The notes under the pieces: generated by a model | What the model was told of the DNA's origin: nothing | What the model saw: the letters and a program-made list of their open reading frames with translations, nothing else | Database searches by the model: none | Assembly (NCBI GenBank): GCA_964459845.1 | Contig: CAYWOC010000005.1 | Location: forward strand, 23,389-87,388 | DNA length: 64,000 nt | Origin: an uncultured Muribaculaceae bacterium | Lineage (GTDB): Bacteria; Bacteroidota; Bacteroidia; Bacteroidales; Muribaculaceae | Direction of reading: 5' to 3' | Part shown: positions 36,228 through 45,235 of the stretch, piece after piece | How positions within the stretch are numbered: the first letter of the stretch is position 1 | How the letters are laid out: each line of letters begins with the position of its first letter | Position numbers and translations under genes: made by a program

Positions 36228-38960
36228 TTAGAATTTAACTTTTAGGCGAACTGAGTAAGTGCGTCCGAAAGAGTAGAATACACGGTAAGCGTTGCTCCAA
36301 GTACCAGCTTCTGAAGTAGAAGTGTAGGCATCCATTACATAGTAGTGGTTGAACAAGTTGTTCACGTTGCCGTAAAGAGTGGCTTTAAGTCCGCCCATCT
36401 TGAATGTGTAGCTTGCGTTGAGGTCAAGTTGGTTGCCCCAAGGAATTCTCCAAGGATCAGAAACGTTGATTTCGGAGTTAGCCGAGAAGTTGGAAGATGA
36501 AATCTGATAGTCGCTGTAGTTGCGTGCGCTCATCACCCAGTCGGCACCGATGCGGAAGCCCTGGAATGGACGGAATGTCACGCCGACAGAACCTGTGGTC
36601 TGAGCAGAGCCGCCGACTTTCACGCCCTTTTGGTTCAAGATAGCGTAAGCGTGGTCAGAACCCATGATGCCATTTTCGGCAACAGTACCGCGGAGGTCTT
36701 TAAGAGGTTGTCCCATCTGGTTGTAGAAGTAACCCTTAGCGTTGCTGTCCCAAACGTAGTCGCCAATAGAGAACATACCGTCGAGAGAGAACCAGCGAGT
36801 AGGCTTATAAGAGAAGTTGAACTCCACACCCATGTGTCGGGCATCCACACCTTGCATATTGAAGAAATAGCGGTCGCCAGCATGGTCGCCAGAAGTTATG
36901 TCACCACCGCGGGTAGTAGTCTTGTCCATCCATTTGGTGTAATAAGCGTTGGCATTCAAAGAAAATACAGGATTGTGGAAACCGTAACCCACTTCAAACG
37001 ACATGATTTTTTCGTTCACAGCGTCGGGGTTGGTAGCGTTGCTCACTGTAGAAGAAAGGAATGCGCCGCCCGAGAAGAATGGGGCGCGGCTTATGTAGCC
37101 GAGGTTGAAGAATACGTTGTTGTAGCGGTTGATATTGTAGTTGGCACCACCCTTAACTGTCCATCCTATGAAGTTCACCGTAGCAGATTTCTTGTGAGCA
37201 TCATCATAGTAGAAATTATCGACACGCCAGTAGCCGGTGTTGTTCACCGAGCCGGCAAGAACGAGGTTCAACTTATTGCCGAGCATAGTGTATTCGCCTT
37301 GAGCGAAAGCACCCTCTTGGTGAGTGTGTCCGTTATAGTCGCGATAAACGATGTCGCCCACGCCCAGCTTCTGGTATTTCCAGTTAGGATCGGCAGCAGC
37401 GGCGTTGTTGGCAGCGAGAACATTCTTACGGCTTGAGTCATCCATATAGTAGTCACCATCGTAAAGGTCGATGATCTTGTTGTTGTGGTGGCCGATATAG
37501 TAGCGCATATCGATACCGCCTGTCACTGTAAGGCGTTTAGGCAGGATTTCATTGCGGTAGGTAGAAACGAGACCATACCACTCATGGCTATTGTTTGACT
37601 GGGTCATAATCATGTTAGAACCAGTAGTGCTTGCAGCATTCATAGCTTGGATTTCGTCATAAGCGAAAGTGCCGTCGGCCTTGCGGAAAAGAGTGTTAAG
37701 CACGCCATTGCTTGCTCCATACCAAGAAGAGTAGCTGATGCTCGTGCCATTGTATGTGCCACGGCCTTGACCTGAGTATCCGCCACCGCTTGCGATTGAT
37801 ACGTATGCGGCAGTAGAAAGAGACGACTTGTGATCTATTTGCCAAATATGGTTCAAAGAGATTTGTGGCTTGTGGTAGGTGTTTCTGTTAGAAGAGCGAA
37901 CCACGCCATTCTTGTCGTAACCGAAAGTAGGGTTGTATTTGTATCTCACGTCTTCGCCCATATATTGGCGCACGTCTTGCCAGCCCTCAATCGTAAGACC
38001 GTCTTGCGAGCTGCGCTTGTTGTGGCGTTGAGGAGCTCCGAAAGCAGTCAAAGACAACTGGTGAGCGTCGTTGATGCGCTTAGAGATGTTCACGAAATAA
38101 TTGTAGGCGTTGAAGTCGGTGCCTTGAACGTATCCGTCGCCCGATTTGTGGGAGAATAGGGCGGTTACAGCCCATCCGTTTTTCATAAGACCAGTAGAGA
38201 CTGTGACACCTTCTTGGTGAAGACCGTCGTTGCCCATTCCATACCAAACTGCACCGCCCTTTTGAGCGTCGAGAGATTTTGTGGTGATGTTGATAGTACC
38301 ACCCACCGAAGGAGTGGAAAGCATAGAAGCACCAAGACCGCGCTGAGTCTGCATGGATGAAGTCACGTCGCTAAGGCCAGCCCAGTTGCTCCAATATACG
38401 CCACCCCATTCCATATCATTAATAGGCACACCATTGATAAGTACGGCAACGTTAGCAGCTTGGAAACCGCGCATATTGATTTTAGAGTCGCCATAGCCAC
38501 CACCGTCTTTGGTTGCCCATACACCCGGAGTGGTTTTTAGAACTTCAGGGAACTCTTGGTTTCCGAGTTTCACGTCGATTGTACCAGCTTTCACCTCAGA
38601 AAGAGCCACTGGTGTTTGACGGGTTTTAGCGACCGATTGAGTCACAACCACGTCTTTAAGCATAGTGGATTCTGCTTCAAGACGGATGTCGCCCATTTGA
38701 GCTTGAGGCTTTACCGTTTTGCTCTTGTACCCGATGTAGCGGATAGAGATTTCCTTTGCGTTGTTTGAAACTTTGATAGAGAACTGACCGTCGATGTCGG
38801 TGGCAGCTCCGGCTTTAGTCCCAGGGACAGTGATAGTGGCTCCGATAACAGGTTCACCCTGCTCATCAACCACACGGCCACGGCAATTAACGTCGCCAGC
38901 AGCAAAAAGCTGAGAGGCAACTAAGAAGATTGCGGCAGCTAAGAGAAATAGTCTCTTCAT
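36228..38960 (-). CDS. TonB-dependent outer-membrane receptor with N-terminal CarboxypepD_reg domain
   Basis: It has a signal peptide and a CarboxypepD_reg block (GRVVDEQGEPVIGATITVPGTKAGAATDIDGQFSIKV). The plug region is LSEVKAGTID...TPGVWA...INMRGF. A long beta-barrel ends in the terminal aromatic residue ...RLKVKF. Confidence 0.9.
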   Translation of the reverse strand: MKRLFLLAAAIFLVASQLFAAGDVNCRGRVVDEQGEPVIGATITVPGTKAGAATDIDGQFSIKVSNNAKEISIRYIGYKSKTVKPQAQMGDIRLEAESTMLKDVVVTQSVAKTRQTPVALSEVKAGTIDVKLGNQEFPEVLKTTPGVWATKDGGGYGDSKINMRGFQAANVAVLINGVPINDMEWGGVYWSNWAGLSDVTSSMQTQRGLGASMLSTPSVGGTINITTKSLDAQKGGAVWYGMGNDGLHQEGVTVSTGLMKNGWAVTALFSHKSGDGYVQGTDFNAYNYFVNISKRINDAHQLSLTAFGAPQRHNKRSSQDGLTIEGWQDVRQYMGEDVRYKYNPTFGYDKNGVVRSSNRNTYHKPQISLNHIWQIDHKSSLSTAAYVSIASGGGYSGQGRGTYNGTSISYSSWYGASNGVLNTLFRKADGTFAYDEIQAMNAASTTGSNMIMTQSNNSHEWYGLVSTYRNEILPKRLTVTGGIDMRYYIGHHNNKIIDLYDGDYYMDDSSRKNVLAANNAAAADPNWKYQKLGVGDIVYRDYNGHTHQEGAFAQGEYTMLGNKLNLVLAGSVNNTGYWRVDNFYYDDAHKKSATVNFIGWTVKGGANYNINRYNNVFFNLGYISRAPFFSGGAFLSSTVSNATNPDAVNEKIMSFEVGYGFHNPVFSLNANAYYTKWMDKTTTRGGDITSGDHAGDRYFFNMQGVDARHMGVEFNFSYKPTRWFSLDGMFSIGDYVWDSNAKGYFYNQMGQPLKDLRGTVAENGIMGSDHAYAILNQKGVKVGGSAQTTGSVGVTFRPFQGFRIGADWVMSARNYSDYQISSSNFSANSEINVSDPWRIPWGNQLDLNASYTFKMGGLKATLYGNVNNLFNHYYVMDAYTSTSEAGTWSNAYRVFYSFGRTYSVRLKVKF

Positions 38961-39123
38961 ACTTTTGTTTAAGAATTAGTGAATATTTATATATTTTTTG
39001 ATAGTTTTTGAAGGTGTATTTTCTTATGAAGATGCGGCGAGAAGCCTAATCCGAATAGGCTTAATGTAATGAGATATTTAAATGCGGTAGTCATACAGCT
39101 TTCCTATACTCTGAAATTTTTAG

Positions 39124-39155
39124 CAAATATAGTTTATTTAAACTTTATAAACAAA
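39124..39155 (-). promoter_or_regulatory. Bacteroidota-type promoter (TTTG-N20-TATATTTG) for the TonB-receptor operon
   Basis: On the minus strand TTTG maps to plus-strand 39152..39155. A 20-nt spacer follows, then TATATTTG at plus-strand 39124..39131. The motif lies about 160 nt upstream of the receptor ATG (38960). Confidence 0.4.
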
Positions 39156-39262
39156 ATTCTATCTTCAAAAATGCAGCAATGTTATGTAATTGTTAAGAGA
39201 ATTGACTTGCAGTTGGGAAAAATGAGGTATATTTGTGAAAATTATGAATATCTCGACAAGTT

Positions 39263-39790
39263 ATGCGCAGAGCTGGATTGAAAATATATATGATGCTTGT
39301 GGTGATGCTTTTGCCGATGGCATTTGTGTCGTGCCATTCCCACAAGAAGACCGAGAAAGAGGATGTGAAGCGTTATGAGCGTATATATATCGATGATTTA
39401 TACAGCGGTAGCGAGCGCAAGCACTCGAAGCTATATAAGGAGGTGAAGTCGTGGCTCGGTGTGCCATATAAATATGCCGGACACTCAAAGTCGGGGACCG
39501 ACTGCTCGGGGCTTGTCATGGAAGTATATAAGAATGTGTATGGCAAAAAAATAGTGCATTATTCAGCCGATATATACAGCCGCTATTGCAAAAAAATAGG
39601 GCGAGGACAACTGCGCGAAGGCGACCTTGTGTTTTTCTCGTTTGTGAAATCGGGAAAAGTGAGCCATGTGGGCATATATCTGCGGGAGAACAAATTCATA
39701 CACTCGTCATCGAGCAAGGGCGTGATAATCAGCGACCTCGATGAACCTTATTACCAAAAAGGCTTTGTGGGCTGTGGCAGGGTGAAGTGA
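39263..39790 (+). CDS. C40 family (NlpC/P60) peptidoglycan endopeptidase lipoprotein
   Basis: The lipobox-like N-terminus is MAFVSC. The catalytic blocks are GTDCSGLVMEVY (Cys), VSHVGIYL (His) and FIHSSS. Confidence 0.85.
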   Translation: MRRAGLKIYMMLVVMLLPMAFVSCHSHKKTEKEDVKRYERIYIDDLYSGSERKHSKLYKEVKSWLGVPYKYAGHSKSGTDCSGLVMEVYKNVYGKKIVHYSADIYSRYCKKIGRGQLREGDLVFFSFVKSGKVSHVGIYLRENKFIHSSSSKGVIISDLDEPYYQKGFVGCGRVK

Positions 39791-39796
39791 GGAGTG

Positions 39797-41956
39797 CTAC
39801 TTTATGAATATTGCGCCACTTGTGCGCATGTCGTGGCAAGGTATGCCGAGCGAGGAGCATTGTTCTGAATATTCAGCTCGCTTGTCGGGGTAAATATTGC
39901 CTGAAAGGACAATCGTCTTAGGGGAGAATGTGCGCAAGAGGTCGGCAATATTGTCATAATAGTGTTTCGTGACTACAAGATAATCCACAGGAATAGGGCG
40001 CAGTTGAGCGGAGGCATATTTCCACTTGTTGGCGGAAATTACGGCTATGCGCTTTCCGCATAGTGATGCCACGGGGGATGAAATGCTTGGCAGCGGGTGG
40101 CTGATGATGGAATGCACCGAGTCGATATGGTATTTCGCAAGCATATTGACATACCTCTTTCTGAAGTCGGAACAGTCGATGTCGCCATCATCGCACCACA
40201 AATATCCTGAGCCGTGAGAAAAATACATGATGGGTGTGGAGTGGTAGTCGCAGAATATCACTGCTCCTTGACGCTGGGTGAGAGCCAGCTCTATGGTAGA
40301 AACAATGATTGTTGCCGCTGCGAAAACCAGAGAGCAGATGAGCTGATGGAATCTTTTTTGATAGACGTATGCTACCATCATCGCCACAGCCATAAAGTAT
40401 AGCACAAGCATTATAGTGGAGACGTGCACATTTTCTATGTGCGACAGCGGCAAGTTAGCTGAAGATTCGGCAATGCCGTGTATCCACGACGACAGCACAT
40501 CGAGAATCCATTCCACCTCATGCACATTCACATTCACACCAAATGCGGAAAATGCTATGAACAAGATTCCGATGCCTATGAAAAAAGACAGCAACGGGAT
40601 GACTATGAGATTTGTCAGCAACGACAGCATAGGCACTGTGTGGAAGTAGTGTGCCGATATGATGGCACATCCTATGTTGGCGAGAGCTATGGTAAGCAGC
40701 GAAGATGTGACTATGAAGGCTGCTTGCCGCCGAGGCGATATGCTGCGCAACTTGTCGAAAAGCAGTATTATCATAAGCACGGCGGCAAAACTGAGCTGGA
40801 AGCCGACGCTGTGTATGCTTGAAGGGGAGAACAGCAGAATTATAATTGCCGCTGCGCATAGCGCATTGAGGCTGCTGTTCTCGCGGTGGGCGAGCATTGC
40901 CGCCATCACGAAAGCCGCCATGACGGCTGCGCGGGTGGCTGACGGAGAAACTCCAGTCACAAAAACAACAAACGCCGTGGCTGCCAATGATGCCGCTATG
41001 CGCACACCTCTTGCGCCTATATAGTCGAGTGGACGCAGCAACATTGTTATAAGCGTCATTATTATGCCTATGTGCAGTCCGCTGATGGCAAGAATATGGG
41101 CTATGCCGGCTTCAGAGAACACTTGGCGCGTGCTGGAATCCACAAACGACGCATCGCCGAGAATGGCAGTATTGATAAGGTGTTTCGTGCGTGGCGCGAG
41201 ACCCGAATTGAGAACGGCATTGGTGAGTGTGCGCCTTATATGTTTGGAGTGTGTCATTATGTCGTCGCTGTGTCCTATCACCAAGAAAGAGCTTTCTTTC
41301 AAAGATGTATGGTAGATATATCCTTGCCGCCGCATATATTGGTGGTAATCAAATTCTTCGGGGTTGCCATAGTTTCTGATGGGCGAGAGATTGGCTCTGA
41401 ATGTCAAAATGTCGCCCTCGCAGAGCATTAAGTCCTTATAGTTGAGGCTTGCTGTGATTTTTTTGCCAGATATGCAGCTTGTGCTGTCGTTTAAGCATCC
41501 AAGCATCGTGATGCGCAGCTCGGTGGAATTTTCCTTGTCGCGAATGTCTGTGATTCGTCCCCACACCATTTTCCCTTCAATATTATTGGCATTAAAGTTG
41601 GGGGTGCGGTATATGTATTCGGCAGCCATGCCGATTTCAAAGCAGAGCAACATAAGCAGCCATGTGGGGATAAACGCAAGACTGATAGCCCTTGCTGGTG
41701 CTCTGTGGATGAAAAACTCGCTTGCGGCATATCCTGCCATTGTAGCGGCTGCCATAAAAGCTATTGCGACAGCCGATATGCCGATAAGCTCCGACAAAAG
41801 TATGCCGAGAGTGAGCGGAATGAGGATTCTTATGAGCGGAGCTTTGCTTACCACATGCTTGTCTGCTTTTTTGGGGGGTGACCTAACTGTTCCAGATTTC
41901 GTAGGACTTGAACGCTTGAAGAAGCAGCATCTCCAATCCGTTTTTGGTGACGGCAC
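39797..41956 (-). CDS. comEC: ComEC/Rec2 family competence channel protein
   Basis: The DUF4131-like N-terminus is followed by the Competence domain block FSEAGIAHILAISGLHIGII and many TM helices. The C-terminal domain is MBL-like but degenerate. The ATG at 41956 overlaps aroE by 74 nt, and GTG at 41854 is an alternative start. Confidence 0.85.
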   Translation of the reverse strand: MPSPKTDWRCCFFKRSSPTKSGTVRSPPKKADKHVVSKAPLIRILIPLTLGILLSELIGISAVAIAFMAAATMAGYAASEFFIHRAPARAISLAFIPTWLLMLLCFEIGMAAEYIYRTPNFNANNIEGKMVWGRITDIRDKENSTELRITMLGCLNDSTSCISGKKITASLNYKDLMLCEGDILTFRANLSPIRNYGNPEEFDYHQYMRRQGYIYHTSLKESSFLVIGHSDDIMTHSKHIRRTLTNAVLNSGLAPRTKHLINTAILGDASFVDSSTRQVFSEAGIAHILAISGLHIGIIMTLITMLLRPLDYIGARGVRIAASLAATAFVVFVTGVSPSATRAAVMAAFVMAAMLAHRENSSLNALCAAAIIILLFSPSSIHSVGFQLSFAAVLMIILLFDKLRSISPRRQAAFIVTSSLLTIALANIGCAIISAHYFHTVPMLSLLTNLIVIPLLSFFIGIGILFIAFSAFGVNVNVHEVEWILDVLSSWIHGIAESSANLPLSHIENVHVSTIMLVLYFMAVAMMVAYVYQKRFHQLICSLVFAAATIIVSTIELALTQRQGAVIFCDYHSTPIMYFSHGSGYLWCDDGDIDCSDFRKRYVNMLAKYHIDSVHSIISHPLPSISSPVASLCGKRIAVISANKWKYASAQLRPIPVDYLVVTKHYYDNIADLLRTFSPKTIVLSGNIYPDKRAEYSEQCSSLGIPCHDMRTSGAIFIK

Positions 41957-42632
41957 CCTGTTCGCCCGATTTTTTCAGGAAAAGAGTTTCTTCTGGATTG
42001 TAGGTGAGGTCGTAGCAGATGTGCGATTTAGTGAGGAATCGATATGGTATGTCGGGACAGGTATCCACATTCGGGTACATTCCGAGCGGAGTGGTGTTCA
42101 CGATAACTTTATGCGACTGTATGATAGCTTTCGTCAGCTCCTCATAGGTCATAGTGGTAGCAGATTTGCGCCTTGACACATATTGAGGTTCTATGCCCAT
42201 TTTTTTCAGCCCATAAGCTACAGCTTTGGCAGCTCCTCCAGTGCCAAGCACCAAAGCCTTGTCGTGGCAATCAGTAATCAGCGGCTTGATTGAATCGCAG
42301 AACCCCACGACATCAGAGTTGTAGCCTTTCAAAGCCACATCTTCGCCATTCTTGATGATTTTAATCACGTTCACTGCGCCGATGGCTTTTGCGTCATCGT
42401 CGATTTCATCAAGATACTGCATCACTTGTTCTTTGTATGGGATTGTTACATTCAGTCCGTGCAGATTATTGTATTGGCTGATGACCTCCATAATCTTGTT
42501 GATGTCGTCGATTTCAAAATTCAGATACTCGGCATCGATGCCTTCGTTGGCAAATTTCTCGTTGAAGAAGTTGCGCGAAAAAGAGTGTGTCAATGGAAAG
42601 CCGAGAAGTCCATATATCGTATGAGCGTTCAT
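41883..42632 (-). CDS. aroE: Shikimate dehydrogenase
   Basis: The N-terminus is YGLLGFPLTHSFSRNFFNEKF. It also has NVTIPYK, GYNSDVVGF and the Rossmann motif VLGTGGAAKAV. Confidence 0.9.
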   Translation of the reverse strand: MNAHTIYGLLGFPLTHSFSRNFFNEKFANEGIDAEYLNFEIDDINKIMEVISQYNNLHGLNVTIPYKEQVMQYLDEIDDDAKAIGAVNVIKIIKNGEDVALKGYNSDVVGFCDSIKPLITDCHDKALVLGTGGAAKAVAYGLKKMGIEPQYVSRRKSATTMTYEELTKAIIQSHKVIVNTTPLGMYPNVDTCPDIPYRFLTKSHICYDLTYNPEETLFLKKSGEQGAVTKNGLEMLLLQAFKSYEIWNS

Positions 42633-42821
42633 GTCTTATGGAAAAAAGTTTAGTCTAAAAAATGAGTTGTCTTGCAAAAGTAATAAAATGCCTCAATAAT
42701 TATCTTTTTTATCGGATAAATTTGTAAAAAAAGGAGATTAAAGTAAAAAAACGTGTATGGTTGTCGGAAAATTTAGGCTAAATTATTAATTTTGCACGCT
42801 AAAGAGAAATATCACCAGTGA

Positions 42822-43955
42822 ATGATAAATAAGAGTATTCATAGAATCTTATTATTCTTTACGGTCTTATTGCTCTCGCTCGTAGCGTCGGCGAAACCGT
42901 TTAAGCTCGTGATAGATGCCGGACATGGCGGCAAGGACTACGGTGCTCTCGGGCGCAATTCGCGGGAGAAGGACATAAACCTCGGCGTTGCATTGGCATT
43001 TGGCAAAATGGTCGAGAAGAATATGGACAATGTTCAGGTTGTCTATACGAGGAATAGAGATGTGTATCTGACCTTGCAGGAGCGGGCAAATATAGCCAAT
43101 TCCTGTAAAGGGGATTTATTTGTGTCGATACACACCAATTCGGTGGCAAAAGAGAGCCGTAACCGCACCAGCGTGAAAGGCAGTGCGACCTACGTCCTAG
43201 GTCTTCACAAGACCGAGGAGAATCTTGCGGTGGCAAAACGTGAAAATTCAGTCATAGCTCTTGAAAAAGACTATACGACGAAATATGCCGGATTCGACCC
43301 TAATTCCACCGAGTCTTACATAATGTTTGAGCTTAATCAAGACAAGCATCTCGGTCAAAGTCTTGATTTCGCGAAGAATGTGCAGAGAGCTTTCTCAAAG
43401 ACGGCAGGGCGGAAGAACAACGGGGTACGCCAAGCCGGATTCTGGGTGCTTGCCCGCACGAGTATGCCGGCCGTGCTTGTGGAGCTTGATTTCATCTGCA
43501 ATCCCGAACAAGAAAGTTTCATGTCGTCGGGCGATGGCCGGAAGAAGTTGGCCAAGTCGCTATATGAGGCTCTTGATGAGTATCTCAAGGACAATGCGCT
43601 TGGCGACTATGAAAAGAAGACGGACGTGAAAAAGATGGTGGGTAAGACGCCAAAGGAGGTGAAGGTTAAAGCTGATATCGAAAAAGAGGAGACTTTTGCG
43701 GCAACAAAGCGTAATAATGGCAGCAACCGGGTATATAAGGTGCAGTTCTTGACAAGCATAAGCCGACTGCCGGCCAGGTCGGCAGAATTTAAGGGGCTCA
43801 GTCCTGTGGATTGCTACAAGGACAAAGGCTTGTATAAATACACCTATGCCGAGGCGGAAAGCATGAGTGAGGCTCTTGAGGCGCTGCGTAGCGTGAAAAA
43901 GAAATTTAAGCAGGCTTTCATCGTGGAATTCAAGGATGGAAAGCGTGTGAAATAG
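42822..43955 (+). CDS. N-acetylmuramoyl-L-alanine amidase (Amidase_3, AmiC-like) with C-terminal SPOR domain
   Basis: The Amidase_3 motifs are VIDAGHGGKDYGA, SIHTNS and VLVELDF. The C-terminal YKVQFLTSISRLPA...YKYTYAEAESMSEALEALRSVKKKF region is SPOR-like. Confidence 0.9.
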   Translation: MINKSIHRILLFFTVLLLSLVASAKPFKLVIDAGHGGKDYGALGRNSREKDINLGVALAFGKMVEKNMDNVQVVYTRNRDVYLTLQERANIANSCKGDLFVSIHTNSVAKESRNRTSVKGSATYVLGLHKTEENLAVAKRENSVIALEKDYTTKYAGFDPNSTESYIMFELNQDKHLGQSLDFAKNVQRAFSKTAGRKNNGVRQAGFWVLARTSMPAVLVELDFICNPEQESFMSSGDGRKKLAKSLYEALDEYLKDNALGDYEKKTDVKKMVGKTPKEVKVKADIEKEETFAATKRNNGSNRVYKVQFLTSISRLPARSAEFKGLSPVDCYKDKGLYKYTYAEAESMSEALEALRSVKKKFKQAFIVEFKDGKRVK

Positions 43956-43986
43956 ATATTAACAGAAAAAAGAAAAATATAGATAT

Positions 43987-44886
43987 ATGAAAAAATTTTT
44001 TACCAAAGAGGTTAAGATTGCCATAGCCGTGATAGTGAGCTTGGCATGCTTGTTTTGGGGCATTGAATATCTGAAAGGTATCAACTTGTTCACGCCAGTG
44101 AACTTCTACTATGTGCATTTCAACAATGTGGAAGGCCTCACCGATTCGGCTCCGGTGTCGATTAAAGGTTATAAGGTGGGACAAGTGAGAGAAATTATAT
44201 ATGATTATGAGACTGGAAGCCTGCGTGTACAGCTCAGCCTTGACAAAGACCTGAAAATACCAACAGGCACAAAGGTGGTTATAGCAAGCGACATGCTCGG
44301 TACTGCACATATAGAACTCGAACTTGCCAACAACTCATCATATTATAAGATAGGTGACGAGCTTGAAGGTCAGACCGAGGTGGGGATGATGGACAATATC
44401 AGCGACGATCTGCTTCCGAGCATTGTTGCTATGATGCCGAAAATCGACAGCATCCTCACTAACCTAAACAAGGTGGTGGCGAATCCTGCTCTATCAAAAT
44501 CAATCGATAGACTTGACAACATCACTGCAAATCTTGAAACAAGTTCGCGCCAACTGTCGTCGATGATGGGGCGCTCAGTTCCTGGCATTATGGGCAATGT
44601 GAATGGCATAACTGAAAATCTGAACACAATGACAAGCGACCTTAAGGAAGTGTCGGCGACATTGAAGAATCTGCCAATAGATTCTACGATGAACAATGTG
44701 AACGCCACCACTAAGAATCTTATGCTTATCACACAAAAGGTGAACGGCAAGGATTCGAGCCTTGGAATGCTGCTTAATGATAAGGGGCTGTATAACCATA
44801 TGGACAAGTCGCTAATCAGCCTCGATTCGCTTATTACCGATGTGAAGAAAAACCCTAAACGTTACATCAACGTCAAGGTGTTCTAA
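43987..44886 (+). CDS. MlaD/MCE family protein
   Basis: It has an N-terminal TM anchor. The MCE domain is GLTDSAPVSIKGYKVGQVREI. The C-terminal helical region is long. Confidence 0.8.
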   Translation: MKKFFTKEVKIAIAVIVSLACLFWGIEYLKGINLFTPVNFYYVHFNNVEGLTDSAPVSIKGYKVGQVREIIYDYETGSLRVQLSLDKDLKIPTGTKVVIASDMLGTAHIELELANNSSYYKIGDELEGQTEVGMMDNISDDLLPSIVAMMPKIDSILTNLNKVVANPALSKSIDRLDNITANLETSSRQLSSMMGRSVPGIMGNVNGITENLNTMTSDLKEVSATLKNLPIDSTMNNVNATTKNLMLITQKVNGKDSSLGMLLNDKGLYNHMDKSLISLDSLITDVKKNPKRYINVKVF

Positions 44887-44901
44887 GATAGAATGTGACT
44901 A

Positions 44902-44938
44902 ATTTGGCTTATTTGGAAATTTTCTAAATAAGCCAAAT
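44902..44938 (+). terminator. Terminator-like hairpin after the mlaD-like gene (no strong T tract)
   Basis: The perfect 13-bp stem is atttggcttattt / aaataagccaaat with an 11-nt loop. It starts 16 nt after the stop codon. Confidence 0.4.
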
Positions 44939-45235
44939 GCGTTCTGTAATGTGCAATGCGCTAACTGCCATAGCTATTTGATAGCTTGACGAGGCTTCCA
45001 GTCAGTCGCTCAATAATGATGCTGGTTGATGTGAAAATGCGGTATTTCCTTAATTTGCAGCAAGATGAAAGAAGCGTTTTAGAGTAAGACTTGATGACGA
45101 AAATTAAGAAATGCAAATACTTGAAATACAGACGGTTTAATGGCGATTCAAAAAAACAAATAATTAAACTCTTTTTTTTGTCAAAACTTTTTGCAAATTT
45201 TGTAGTCCCAAATCAAAAAAGTGAGTGACGTATAA

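Noticed and set aside
36630-37436. A 268-aa ORF antisense to the TonB-dependent receptor gene
   Set aside because: It is a shadow ORF inside a clearly coding region on the other strand. It has no recognisable domains and an odd composition.
38961-39262. A possible riboswitch in the roughly 160-nt leader of the TonB-dependent receptor
   Set aside because: I looked for cobalamin, TPP and other common riboswitch core motifs on the minus strand. I saw only a small 7-bp hairpin (aagccta / taggctt) and no recognisable conserved core.
39069-39281. A 70-aa plus-strand ORF in the TonB-receptor promoter region (similar cases: 47930..48151, 26175..26372, 1511..1702, 23354..23581)
   Set aside because: These are AT-rich intergenic or terminator-spanning ORFs with hydrophobic or low-complexity translations and no motifs. 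They overlap promoter or terminator elements of neighbouring genes.
41442-42176. A 244-aa plus-strand ORF spanning the comEC/aroE junction in antisense
   Set aside because: It overlaps two well-supported minus-strand genes. It has no motifs and is likely spurious.
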